In this document: in pieces, positions 45,887-55,568 of the stretch
How the letters are laid out: each line of letters opens with the position of its first letter
How positions within the stretch are numbered: position 1 is the stretch's first letter
DNA from: Thermoplasmatota archaeon
Lineage (GTDB): Archaea > Thermoplasmatota > Penumbrarchaeia > Penumbrarchaeales > Penumbrarchaeaceae
Assembly: GCA_965234725.1 (NCBI GenBank)
Contig: CBDDUX010000024.1
Coordinates: 1 to 56,474, forward strand
Length of the DNA stretch: 56,474 bases
Reading direction: 5' to 3'
Program-made: the position numbers and the translations under genes
The notes under the pieces: model-generated
What the model was told of the DNA's origin: nothing
Database searches by the model: none
What the model saw: only the letters and a program-made list of their open reading frames with translations

Positions 45887-48418
45887 ATGGTGGAAGGAGA
45901 ACAAAGCTTCAACCAGAAGATCTGGAGGACCATGGTCTTGATCTCAGTGATAGTGGTTACCCTGGCTCTTATCACCAACATTATTGCCTTGGCACTCTCC
46001 TTTCCTTCAGTTTTCGAAGATTCTCCAATTGTCTATCGATCAGGTATCAATGGAAATATCGATCTTCCTTACCTGCCTGGATCCATTGATGATTACTGGA
46101 TAGAGATCCCTAATATAACAAAGGAAGGAGAACCTATCCCTATATCAATTGGTACCTCTGACGGTTCAACCCCATCCCTTCCATTATCGATCAAAATTGT
46201 AGGTGACGACGGATCCTACCAAAGACACCAGCTCTTTGATGCTTTCAGAGATAATAATTGGTACTCATGGACAGTTTTCCCCGGTGACCTTTCTCCAGGG
46301 GAGTATTCATTGGATATCGAGTATAGGGGGATCCATGAATATTTACCCATTGGAAAGACCGGGTCCGATCTGATCGTATCGGAGAGGAATGGTACATTTC
46401 CCTTCCCCATTGTTAACGGATCTCTTTGGTTGGATGAGGGGATAAGTATCCATATTGGAGGTTCTGACCAGAGGGAGGTATCGGAGGTCCAGCTGATATT
46501 GAAAAATGGGACCGAGTTCGATATGGAACATAGGGGCAATGGGAACTTCTATCTGGGAATGGAAGGAAAGCCTCTCAGAGGCTGGCACTATGTGACCTTC
46601 CGATTATCTTGGAATGATTCGGATTATAATGACTATGGGGAATATCTCTTCCATTTTGGATCTGGGGAGGCCCCTTCCTCGATGTTCGATCAGTTAAAAA
46701 TTACCCATCCATTTTCCGGATTCGATGAATTGTACGAACAGAAGCCTATTGATGTCCTGGTAACAGAAGGAGGGGATGATCCGGAGATCCTGACCTCTAC
46801 CTACTACCAATTCATTCTTGACCTCTCACTCAACAAGACTGTAAATGGAGACCTGGTCCCATTACCAACACCAATAATGTCCATTGAAGGTAAGAGGGTG
46901 TACCTTAGACCAATGATCCCGCTTGGTCGGTTTGGGGGTATGCTCCGATCCCCAGATTCTTATAACGATCATCAGGACGATGGTTTGATGATAAGATCGG
47001 ATGATTGGGACAAGAATTTAACCATCCTGGAAAAAGACCTTTTCTTAAGGGAAAGACAGTCCCCTGAGATAATATTCGAGCCAGACCCATTCGATGAACC
47101 AGAAAAGGTTACTGGTGATATTGAATTGAGGATCGAGGAAGGGTGGGAACTTGTGACCTACAGGGATTTCAATGGGACCCCATTACTATCCTTGGACCTT
47201 GAGAGGTTATCAATGGAGAGAAAGATATCGAGTAGGGATAGCGGTGATATCATCGCTTATTCCTCGATCCTTCCCCTATCTGGTGATCTTTTGGGCCAGG
47301 AAGTCAAAACAGAAGCCTATGCAGAATTTCAAATGGAGGTCACCGTATCATTCATTTTCTTCTCCTTCCCCATTCCCCTTACAGGATCGATGATCCCTGC
47401 CTGGTTCACTTTCATATCGCTTTCGATCACCTTTTCCTTGTTTATCCTGGCATTTAGAAGCATCAAGAAAGGGAAGAAGATAGGGTGGGGTGCTGAGGGA
47501 AGAACAGACCTTATCAGGTCAGGACCTGATCTGTATATACTTTCAACAACATACATGGCTGCTCTATTCTTCTCCTGGGTGGTGGTAATAATGTTCGACC
47601 TACTTGAACAACCCACCCCAGTACCCTCTTTGCTTTCTGACCAGACCCCGATCTGGATCCGAATGGTATTATTGGCAGATGCTTCGGTATGGGAAGAGGT
47701 CGTAGCAAGGGTGATGTTCATCGGGATTCCTCTTCTACTTTTTCATCCATCAAGAAAGTGGGGTATCGAAAGATTCAAAGTCCTCCTTGGTGGGAAGGGA
47801 TCTTTCGGCAAACCCGAGGTTATTCTGATACTTGTCTCATCATCTTTTTTCGGTCTTGCCCACTTGGGTTGGGGTCCTTGGAAAGTAATACCGACATTCG
47901 TTACCGGTGCGTTATTCGGCTACCTTTACATCAAGGTAGGGCTTCATGCAGCGATAGCAATGCATTTCCTATTCGATTACGACAGCTTCATCTATGAACT
48001 TCTGGACTATCCCTATCTCCAATTATACATTGTGTATTACCTGGCAATACTGATGGGCGGATTCTTCCTTGCATGGATCCTTGTAAGGTCCAAGCATTGG
48101 TTAAGGGATAGGTCAGGGAGAGACCTTGATAGAAAATGGATATTGATCAGTCATTCACTTCTAACGATAACACTGGTTATTTTCATAGTCCTTACATCAT
48201 CATTCAACGGTTATGCAATGGTGCTTACATCGGTACCGCTTCTCAACGCGGGCGCAATAATGCTTGATCGTTCCAGGGTCAAGTATGTACCGGCTATCAT
48301 GGTGGTGATCTCATCTTTCATCTCACTTGCCCTGGCACCGATAGGTCTTATGTGGTTATTTGACAAGAATGAAAAGGATCACGGATCGGATCAAAACCAG
48401 AAGGTCATGCTTTCTTGA
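45887..48418 (+). CDS. CPBP (CAAX/Abi) intramembrane glutamic/metalloprotease with a large extracytoplasmic insert
   Basis: WEEVVAR, FGLAH and HAAIAMHFLFD motifs within the C-terminal TM bundle; N-terminal TM followed by about 450 aa of soluble beta-rich sequence. Confidence 0.8.
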   Translation: MVEGEQSFNQKIWRTMVLISVIVVTLALITNIIALALSFPSVFEDSPIVYRSGINGNIDLPYLPGSIDDYWIEIPNITKEGEPIPISIGTSDGSTPSLPLSIKIVGDDGSYQRHQLFDAFRDNNWYSWTVFPGDLSPGEYSLDIEYRGIHEYLPIGKTGSDLIVSERNGTFPFPIVNGSLWLDEGISIHIGGSDQREVSEVQLILKNGTEFDMEHRGNGNFYLGMEGKPLRGWHYVTFRLSWNDSDYNDYGEYLFHFGSGEAPSSMFDQLKITHPFSGFDELYEQKPIDVLVTEGGDDPEILTSTYYQFILDLSLNKTVNGDLVPLPTPIMSIEGKRVYLRPMIPLGRFGGMLRSPDSYNDHQDDGLMIRSDDWDKNLTILEKDLFLRERQSPEIIFEPDPFDEPEKVTGDIELRIEEGWELVTYRDFNGTPLLSLDLERLSMERKISSRDSGDIIAYSSILPLSGDLLGQEVKTEAYAEFQMEVTVSFIFFSFPIPLTGSMIPAWFTFISLSITFSLFILAFRSIKKGKKIGWGAEGRTDLIRSGPDLYILSTTYMAALFFSWVVVIMFDLLEQPTPVPSLLSDQTPIWIRMVLLADASVWEEVVARVMFIGIPLLLFHPSRKWGIERFKVLLGGKGSFGKPEVILILVSSSFFGLAHLGWGPWKVIPTFVTGALFGYLYIKVGLHAAIAMHFLFDYDSFIYELLDYPYLQLYIVYYLAILMGGFFLAWILVRSKHWLRDRSGRDLDRKWILISHSLLTITLVIFIVLTSSFNGYAMVLTSVPLLNAGAIMLDRSRVKYVPAIMVVISSFISLALAPIGLMWLFDKNEKDHGSDQNQKVMLS

Positions 48419-48902
48419 ATTCTCCTGCCAGCAGGACATAGGCCATCGAATTCTCAATGGCCATTTTAACAAGGTCTGGATCGGTCTTCTTAACTTTCCC
48501 GGGAATTCCCATGACCAGAGAATCCGGAGGTATCTCTGTCCCGGGGGTCACTACCGCTCCAGCTCCGATTATCGAACCTTTTCCGATCCTTGCTCCATTC
48601 AATACAATGGCACCAATCCCTATGACACAAAGGTCTTCTATGGTACATCCGTGAACAACCGCATTATGGCCGATGGTAGTGTCGTTTCCGATGCATGTGG
48701 GAAATCCCAGATCCGTATGGATCGTGGCATTATCCTGAACATTTACCCGGTCTCCTAATGTTATTGTTTCTATATCACCCCTTACAGAGCAACCTGGCCA
48801 AAAAGAGCATTGGGATCCTGTTCTGACCTTTCCACTAACAGATGCCAATGGATGTACCATGCACTCCTCTCCAAAGTTGGGATCGGGCCCTTTTCCACTC
48901 AT
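48405..48902 (-). CDS. Gamma-carbonic-anhydrase family hexapeptide-repeat protein (YrdA/PaaY-like)
   Basis: VRGD, NVQDNATIH, TIGHNAVVHGC (three His ligands), LVMGIPGK. Confidence 0.92.
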   Translation of the reverse strand: MSGKGPDPNFGEECMVHPLASVSGKVRTGSQCSFWPGCSVRGDIETITLGDRVNVQDNATIHTDLGFPTCIGNDTTIGHNAVVHGCTIEDLCVIGIGAIVLNGARIGKGSIIGAGAVVTPGTEIPPDSLVMGIPGKVKKTDPDLVKMAIENSMAYVLLAGEFKKA

Positions 48903-49067
48903 TTTTCTGTCTCCTTTCGATACCTTATCTTGCTCAATATTTATTAACCCAGGGATTTCCCAGGAGGCGGATTAATAAGAAAACCCTTATATATATCACA
49001 CCTGGTAACCAGAAAATCGGATACAATTACAACTGGATTTCAGGAACTGAAAAGATATGAATGCAGC

Positions 49068-51137
49068 TTGAAGGGGGCCTGCTCGTCGATGGCTGATGAT
49101 GGGGAAAAGAAAGAAAAGATGGGAAATAAGGGAACGGGTCCAGATCCTTCCAAAAAGGAATCCCGTAGCCCTATGCCCCCTCCGCCAGGACCCCCAGAAC
49201 CTGACGATGATCCTTCTATCGAAGAACAAAAAGACAATGGTAAGAAGGACAGCGAAACCAAACCGACATTGCTGGAAGAACCACCTGCCAAATCATCAGA
49301 GGGTCCTGATGAAGAATCATCCCCAGGATCCGAGGCAGAACCTTCAGATGAGGATGTGGTTGTTGGTGATGAGACAGATCAGGAAGTTCCTATACCTGAA
49401 GAAAATGGAGATAGGTCCGTTCACTCAGGATTCTCCTTTAAAAAGATCAAGGATACTCTAATGAAGGTTATCAAGGGCTCACCGAAGGAAGCCCGCTTGA
49501 TGAAAAAGGCAAAACCACCAAAGTTAGAGGAAGAGGGGCTTGTGGAGGGTCTTGAGCTGATGGAGACCCTTGATCTCACAGAGTTCGTTAAGGTCCAGAT
49601 ATTCCTCAATCCTGAGACCAGTGATTATATCTACCACCCGGTGGAACCAAAGTTAGGACCCAAGCAGAAGGAGGTCCTAAAATTTATCATAGAGACCCTT
49701 AACAAGGCTTTAAGTTATAATAAAGTGGCAATGGAAAACCTTGAGGATAAGAAGGAATTCCTAAAAAATGAGGTCGAATCGATACTCAAGGACTATTCAT
49801 CTGTTCTTGGGGACATCAATGAAGAGTTCATGAAACCCATCAATTATTTCATTAGACGGGAGTTCATAGGTTACGGAAAGATCAATTCAATCATGATGGA
49901 TGCCGGTGTTGAGGATGTCTCCTGCGATGGAACAGGGATACCTGTATTCGTTTACCACAGGGATTTTGGGTCCATCAGGACCACCATCGACTTCGAGACC
50001 GACGAAGAGTTGGAGGGATTTGTTGTCTCCCTAGCTCAAAGGGCCGGAAAATCAATATCGGTGGCTCTACCCATTCTCGATGCCACCCTTCCGGAAGGTC
50101 ATCGGCTAAATGCCACTTTCGGCAGGGAAGTTACAACCAGAGGTTCATCCTTCACTATCAGGAAATTCAAGGAGGACCCCCTGACCATCACTGATCTCGT
50201 AAAGTTCGGGACACTGTCATCTGAAATGGCAGCACATTTCTGGATGGCGGTCCAATACGGGGATTCGATGATATTCGCAGGTGGAACCGCATCCGGAAAG
50301 ACAGCAACGATGAATGCCACCTCCATCTTCATACCAACATCCGCAAAGATCATCTCCATCGAGGATACCAGAGAGGTGAACCTGCCTCACAAGAACTGGA
50401 TAGCCGGCATAACCAGAGGATCGGCAGAGAGTGGTAAGGAAACTGATATCGACATGTATCAGCTCCTAAGGGCGGCCCTTAGGCAGAGGCCCGAATATGT
50501 GCTTGTAGGAGAGGTAAGGGGAAAGGAGACAATGACCATGTTCCAGGCCATGTCCACAGGTCACGTCACCTACTCCACAATGCATGCTGATTCGGTCAAA
50601 TCCATTGTATATCGTCTTGAGAATCCTCCGATCTCCATCCCAAGGGTGCTGATCCAGGTTCTAAATCTTGTTGCAATTCACAATCAGATCAAGGTCAAGG
50701 GTATGAGGGTTAGGAGGATCACGGAGCTTGTTGAGATAGTTGGGATCGAACCAACAAGTCTGGAGATCATCACGAACCGTGTCTATAAATGGGAAGCAGC
50801 CGGGGATAGATTCGTTTTCGGAGGGCATTCCAATCTTTATGAGAAGATAATGGACTTTGAGGATCTGACCCGAGATGAAGTGGTAACTGAATTGAACCGT
50901 CGGGCAGAGGTCATAGATTGGATGCTGAGAAACGACGTCAGGAAGTTCAAGGACGTGAGCACGATTGTGGCGGAATATTACGAAGATTCAGAAAAGGTCA
51001 TGAAGATCCTAAGGGAGAATCACAGGATCGATATCTCAAAGGGTTTGAATGTATTCGAGGATGAGAGACAGGAAAGGCTCCCCCCCTCTCTGATGGACAG
51101 CCTGCCATCACCTGGAACAACTTCTGGAGGTGCTTGA
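49068..51137 (+). CDS. Type II/IV secretion (archaeal pilus PilB/VirB11-type) ATPase
   Basis: EDVSCDG, LPEGHRLNAT, FTIRKF, Walker A GGTASGKT, SIEDTRE, LRQRPEYVLVGEVRG, TGH..STMHA; likely start is the ATG at 49089. Confidence 0.93.
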   Translation: MKGACSSMADDGEKKEKMGNKGTGPDPSKKESRSPMPPPPGPPEPDDDPSIEEQKDNGKKDSETKPTLLEEPPAKSSEGPDEESSPGSEAEPSDEDVVVGDETDQEVPIPEENGDRSVHSGFSFKKIKDTLMKVIKGSPKEARLMKKAKPPKLEEEGLVEGLELMETLDLTEFVKVQIFLNPETSDYIYHPVEPKLGPKQKEVLKFIIETLNKALSYNKVAMENLEDKKEFLKNEVESILKDYSSVLGDINEEFMKPINYFIRREFIGYGKINSIMMDAGVEDVSCDGTGIPVFVYHRDFGSIRTTIDFETDEELEGFVVSLAQRAGKSISVALPILDATLPEGHRLNATFGREVTTRGSSFTIRKFKEDPLTITDLVKFGTLSSEMAAHFWMAVQYGDSMIFAGGTASGKTATMNATSIFIPTSAKIISIEDTREVNLPHKNWIAGITRGSAESGKETDIDMYQLLRAALRQRPEYVLVGEVRGKETMTMFQAMSTGHVTYSTMHADSVKSIVYRLENPPISIPRVLIQVLNLVAIHNQIKVKGMRVRRITELVEIVGIEPTSLEIITNRVYKWEAAGDRFVFGGHSNLYEKIMDFEDLTRDEVVTELNRRAEVIDWMLRNDVRKFKDVSTIVAEYYEDSEKVMKILRENHRIDISKGLNVFEDERQERLPPSLMDSLPSPGTTSGGA

Positions 51138-52016
51138 TTGGCCCTTTCACCATATTACAAGATAAGCATGAAGATCGATCCATTGGCCAATTTCGGTAGG
51201 AAGATGGCCGATGGTGATCCTGATATCGAGACAATACTTGAGAGGGCTGACCAGAATATCAGGGGAGAGGTCTTCTACACAGGAATGCTTGTAGCGATCA
51301 TCTTGGCCGGACTAACCGGTTTCCTTCTTATCACTCTTCTGAACCTAACGGTAATGTCAGGATTGGTTCTTCCGATCAGGCTTGTCCTCTGGATCGTTGT
51401 TCCCCCTCTCTTAGGTGCATTCACCTATGCGATCTACAATATGGTCCCCAGAAGCAAAATCAAAGAAAGGAAGAAGAACATAGACAGGAACCTTTCCTAT
51501 GCTACCAATTACATGGCAGCAATGGCCTCTGCTGACGTGACTCCCTCCTCGATATTCCGTGGACTTGCCCAGCAGGACATATACGGTGAGATCAAGAAGG
51601 AGTCGGAGAAGATCGCAAGGGACATAGACTTCTTCGGCAAGGACCTTATCAAGGTCCTTCAAAAAGCAATATCTCGGTCCCCATCGGAGAAATTCCAAGA
51701 TTTCATACAGGGTATAATAACCACTGCAAATTCCGGAGGTTCTCTTAAAGTATATTTCATGTCAAAATCCGACCAATACATGAAGGAGAACAGACTTATT
51801 CAGGAACGTGACCTCCAGACTCTGGGGGTGATGGCGGAATCCTTTGTTACAGTGGTCGTTGCAGCACCGCTTTTCCTGATAATCATGATGTCTACAATGG
51901 CCATGATGGGGCAGAGCGGAGGAGATGTTCTACTTGCAGCTACTATATTCGGTCTGATCCCAACGGCTCAGATAGTGTTTGCGGTTCTCATCGGCGATAC
52001 AGGTGGTGGTGATTGA
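51138..52016 (+). CDS. Type II secretion system F / TadC (PilC)-like platform protein
   Basis: IDRNLSYATNYMAAMASA, YGEI..E...I.RD...FG.D, SPS....DF..G.......SGG; follows the ATPase directly with a GGAGGTG RBS. Confidence 0.88.
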   Translation: MALSPYYKISMKIDPLANFGRKMADGDPDIETILERADQNIRGEVFYTGMLVAIILAGLTGFLLITLLNLTVMSGLVLPIRLVLWIVVPPLLGAFTYAIYNMVPRSKIKERKKNIDRNLSYATNYMAAMASADVTPSSIFRGLAQQDIYGEIKKESEKIARDIDFFGKDLIKVLQKAISRSPSEKFQDFIQGIITTANSGGSLKVYFMSKSDQYMKENRLIQERDLQTLGVMAESFVTVVVAAPLFLIIMMSTMAMMGQSGGDVLLAATIFGLIPTAQIVFAVLIGDTGGGD

Positions 52017-53122
52017 TGGAGCCTGAGAAGAAGCCACCTGTGGCACGGAAACAGCTCGTTTCCAAGGAAGTTAAAAGTACTGACAGTTTCTCTAAGATCA
52101 GAGCTTCAACGGGGAGGGAAGGGAATATAAAAATGGCAGTATATGCCATTTCAATAGCCCTCGGACTCATTTTCACTGGAATGGCATTGTTATCATGTCC
52201 GGTCGCACCCCTTGGAAAGGTCAAGGAGGACTACGAGAATAGCTACAGTTATATGGCAGATACTGACAAGAGATTGTATATGAGAGAGGGATCTGTGAAC
52301 CTTACCATCACAATGAACACAACATCACTCACACAGGGCATGAAGCAGAGAGTGGTGATCGGATGGCATTCCTATTTCCTGATGGCCATTGTCTTCGGGC
52401 TAGGTCCTGTTTCCTATTATGAGGTGTCAAGAAGGAAAAAGATCGATAAGATAGAAAACCGTCTATCTGATTTCCTTAGGGATATCTCCGAATCCATGAG
52501 GGCCGGTCAGACCCTCCATGATGCTATAAAGACCTCCTCCGGAGGAGAATATGGGAATCTAACCCCGGAGATCAAGAAGATGGCCATGCAGGTTTCATGG
52601 GGAGTATCCGCCTCAAAAGCACTGGAAATGTTCGCAGAAAGGGTGAACACACCTCTTGTCAAGAGAGCGGTAACACTGATCAATGAGGCTTCATCCGCGG
52701 GTGGTAATGTTTCAAACGTCATTGATGCTGCTGCCAAAGATACGAGAGAAATTCAGATCATGAAAAGGACAAGGGCAACAGAGATGAACATGTATACCTA
52801 CGTCATTGGTATCTCTTTCCTTGTTTTCCTGGTGGTCATAGGAATAATGTTCGCCACATTCATGCCCAGGATGATGGAGTTATCTGAGAGTTATGCAGCA
52901 AGTGATTCCGGAGGACAGGCCCAGGCACCTGGTGGTTTCGATCCAACAAGTGTTGACTTCGAGGAGATGAAGCTGCTTTTCTTTGCAGCCGCAGCCATCC
53001 AGGCGATCGGAGATGGAGTGGTTGGTGGTCTGATGTCATCAGGAAGGATATGGAACGGTCTTTGGATGTCATCCATATTTGCTTTGGCAACCTGGCTGAT
53101 ATTCGATCTGGTCCTGCTTTAA
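52013..53122 (+). CDS. Second TadB/TadC (PilC)-like platform protein
   Basis: IENRLSDFLRDISE...AG, YG.LTPEI....Q.SWG, L..EA...GG; C-terminal TM helices. Confidence 0.88.
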   Translation: MMEPEKKPPVARKQLVSKEVKSTDSFSKIRASTGREGNIKMAVYAISIALGLIFTGMALLSCPVAPLGKVKEDYENSYSYMADTDKRLYMREGSVNLTITMNTTSLTQGMKQRVVIGWHSYFLMAIVFGLGPVSYYEVSRRKKIDKIENRLSDFLRDISESMRAGQTLHDAIKTSSGGEYGNLTPEIKKMAMQVSWGVSASKALEMFAERVNTPLVKRAVTLINEASSAGGNVSNVIDAAAKDTREIQIMKRTRATEMNMYTYVIGISFLVFLVVIGIMFATFMPRMMELSESYAASDSGGQAQAPGGFDPTSVDFEEMKLLFFAAAAIQAIGDGVVGGLMSSGRIWNGLWMSSIFALATWLIFDLVLL

Positions 53123-53180
53123 TTTCAACAATTTTAAAAACTCCCATGGGCCTTGTTCTAGAAATCCTTAATAGAACACA

Positions 53181-53495
53181 GTGTCTTCCAGTGAACAGAC
53201 AGGGAGTTGGAAAGAGATGAAGGTTGTATACAGAACAGATAAAATGCCCATCGTCTTCATAATATCCGGCCTTGCAATGGCTACCATATCACAGCTTGAT
53301 ATCTTCAGGGATGCGAACAGACCCCTGATATTCACAGCTGGGTGGATAATTGCAGGATTCGGTTTCGTACTCTGGGCCGTTCCCACACTTAGCAAATGGA
53401 TGAAGAAGCGTGAAAGGATGAGAGCAAGAGAACAAAGGAATATACCGGATGAAAGGGGAGATCAACCGCGAAGATATGCCAGACCAAGAAGGTGA
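53181..53495 (+). CDS. Small two-TM membrane protein with basic tail
   Basis: Two hydrophobic helices followed by a KKRERMRAR tail; overlaps the next gene; start uncertain (ATG at 53217 possible). Confidence 0.6.
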   Translation: MSSSEQTGSWKEMKVVYRTDKMPIVFIISGLAMATISQLDIFRDANRPLIFTAGWIIAGFGFVLWAVPTLSKWMKKRERMRAREQRNIPDERGDQPRRYARPRR

Positions 53496-54829
53496 TCCTA
53501 TTGAAGCAGGAAGGGGAGGATGAAAGCATAATACAGCTGGAGAAAGCTTACAGGAACGCTCTAAGGAAGGCCTGGGAGGATGGGAGGATCTCATATGATG
53601 AAAGGTCATTGATCAAGCAGTTCACGGATGATCTCCCTCTTCCGAAAGAGGTCCTTTCCGTGATCGAGGCTCGGGAATATCTCAGGTTTCGATGGAAGGA
53701 ATACGAAACATCATCATATGATCATCAAATGAATGTAGTTGAGAAGCTGCTTGATATTGATGAGGAGAATCCATTCTTGTGGATGAAGAAGGGGTCCCTG
53801 CAATTCCTTATGGGGGACATGCACGTGGCCTTCGAAGCGCTGGACAGAGGTCTTGAACTCGATCCAACTTCTCATGAAGCATGGTTCTGGAAGGGATCTG
53901 CCTTCGTTAACGAAGGAGACCTTGGAGTAGCCCAGGATTGTTTCGAAAAGGCACTTGAACAGGATCCTGACCACACTCTATCTTGGCTGATGCTTGGCAG
54001 AGTAGAAAGAAGGCAAGGGAATCTGGAGAAGGCTAAGGCATGTTCAACAAGGGCCATCGAATGCTGCCCAGAACATCCAATAGGCTATGTTGAAAGAGCT
54101 CTCACTCTTCTTGAGATCGGATCGAAAGAGGAAGCAAGGCTGGATCTTGAAAAGGTATTGGATATTGACCCCCTTAATGAGATAGCACTTACCTATATGA
54201 AAGAGGAGATAGGACCTCGACCGGGTGATGATGAGGACCTCTGGGAAGAGGAGACCGAAAAGGAAGAAGAGACCCCCCAAAAAATTGCATCAAGAGAAGA
54301 GGAGAACGACCTTCAGGAACCAACCTCAGAGGAGGAAGATACAGAAACGGACCAGGTAGATCAACCTGAGGATCAAGAAGAGGCAACCCCCTCCAAGGAA
54401 GAAGAGATCCAAGAGGAAACATCCATGGAGGATTACAATGAGGAGGATATGGAGCTTCTTGAAGAAGATGAATTCGAAGAAGATGACCAATTATCCGGGG
54501 AGGGCCAAGAGGAGACCATTACTAAGAAAGAAATTGTCCAAGAGGATGTTTCCGAGATAGACATTGATGAGAATCCTGAAATAGATGGGGAAGAACATAT
54601 CGTGAAAGGAAAGAAGAAGAAAGGATCATATCTGGACGATGATATGTTCGAGGACAGGGGAGGAAAGGAAGAGACATTGGAGACCGATATTGAGGAGGAC
54701 GAGGCGGAAATTGTACAAAAGATGATCAAATGCCCTCACTGCGACGGTCCGGTTCCAGTTACTACCGATAAGAGACCGGTTGTGGTCATTTGTCCTTCAT
54801 GCGGGTCAAAAGGAAGGCTTGTGAGGTGA
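53492..54829 (+). CDS. TPR-repeat protein with acidic linker and C-terminal zinc ribbon
   Basis: TPRs (W..KG.....G....A..ALD..LELDP; AW..KG; W..LG); Glu/Asp-rich region; CPHC..CPSC at the C-terminus. Confidence 0.85.
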   Translation: MILLKQEGEDESIIQLEKAYRNALRKAWEDGRISYDERSLIKQFTDDLPLPKEVLSVIEAREYLRFRWKEYETSSYDHQMNVVEKLLDIDEENPFLWMKKGSLQFLMGDMHVAFEALDRGLELDPTSHEAWFWKGSAFVNEGDLGVAQDCFEKALEQDPDHTLSWLMLGRVERRQGNLEKAKACSTRAIECCPEHPIGYVERALTLLEIGSKEEARLDLEKVLDIDPLNEIALTYMKEEIGPRPGDDEDLWEEETEKEEETPQKIASREEENDLQEPTSEEEDTETDQVDQPEDQEEATPSKEEEIQEETSMEDYNEEDMELLEEDEFEEDDQLSGEGQEETITKKEIVQEDVSEIDIDENPEIDGEEHIVKGKKKKGSYLDDDMFEDRGGKEETLETDIEEDEAEIVQKMIKCPHCDGPVPVTTDKRPVVVICPSCGSKGRLVR

Positions 54830-54833
54830 TCTG

Positions 54834-55001
54834 ATGGGAATCCTTGACGATATTGAGAAGATGGATGAGGCCGATGGATTGAAGCATCAGCTGAAGAGAT
54901 TAGAGAAGGTCGAAGAAGAGAACAATAGGATGCTAAAGGAGATATTGAAGATCCTGAAGAGATCCAGGTCCACAGTGAAGAAGGAAGGTGAAAAACGATG
55001 A
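54834..55001 (+). CDS. Small coiled-coil protein, 55 aa (not in the ORF track)
   Basis: MGILDDIEKMDEADGLKHQLKRLEKVEEENNRMLKEILKILKRSRSTVKKEGEKR; GAGGTGA RBS upstream; ATGA overlap with 54998; fills the operon gap exactly. Confidence 0.75.
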   Translation: MGILDDIEKMDEADGLKHQLKRLEKVEEENNRMLKEILKILKRSRSTVKKEGEKR

Positions 55002-55522
55002 TGTACTGCACCAAATGCGGATCCAACCTAAAGGGCAACAATGTAAGGTGTCCTGTATGCGGTTACGAGGTCCAGAAGATGAAAATGGACGTGTTGAAAC
55101 CACGGGAACAGAGGACCCAAAGGTCCGAAGATAGGCCCTGGGCCCCTCCGATCCCGGATCAAAGAGTGGAACCAAAAATGGATGAAGATATTGAAGCGGA
55201 AAGATCAAAACCCGATACAGGCATCCGTTTCTCGACCAAAGAAAAGGATAAGGAGGAAGATGATCCAAGATACGTGGAAGGTTGTGCATTTTGCGGAAGC
55301 AACCCGGTCAGGAGATGTTTCTTCTCTCTTGCCCCACTTTGTGAAAGACATACTGTCTGGCTCCAGATCTACGTCAGGAACATGCCATTCGGTGAGAAGG
55401 TGGCTGCTGCACCGGACATAGGTGGAGAAAAGGAAGGAAGGGTTCCAACCCAGATGGAAGCCGAGGAAGCTGGCATGTTCTTTTCCATAAAACCCTATCA
55501 CACATGGAAAAAGGTGAGATGA
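54998..55522 (+). CDS. Zinc-ribbon protein with two Cys/His clusters
   Basis: YCTKCG...CPVCG at the N-terminus; CAFCG...C.....LCERH near the C-terminus; AGGTGA RBS. Confidence 0.75.
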   Translation: MMYCTKCGSNLKGNNVRCPVCGYEVQKMKMDVLKPREQRTQRSEDRPWAPPIPDQRVEPKMDEDIEAERSKPDTGIRFSTKEKDKEEDDPRYVEGCAFCGSNPVRRCFFSLAPLCERHTVWLQIYVRNMPFGEKVAAAPDIGGEKEGRVPTQMEAEEAGMFFSIKPYHTWKKVR

Positions 55523-55568
55523 TATCCCTAACCGGACTCCCGGCCACCATATTCATAGGATGAGGTGA

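Noticed and set aside
49068-53122. Archaellum (arlI/arlJ) locus
   Set aside because: Two separate TadC genes and no archaellin, arlH, arlF or arlG nearby
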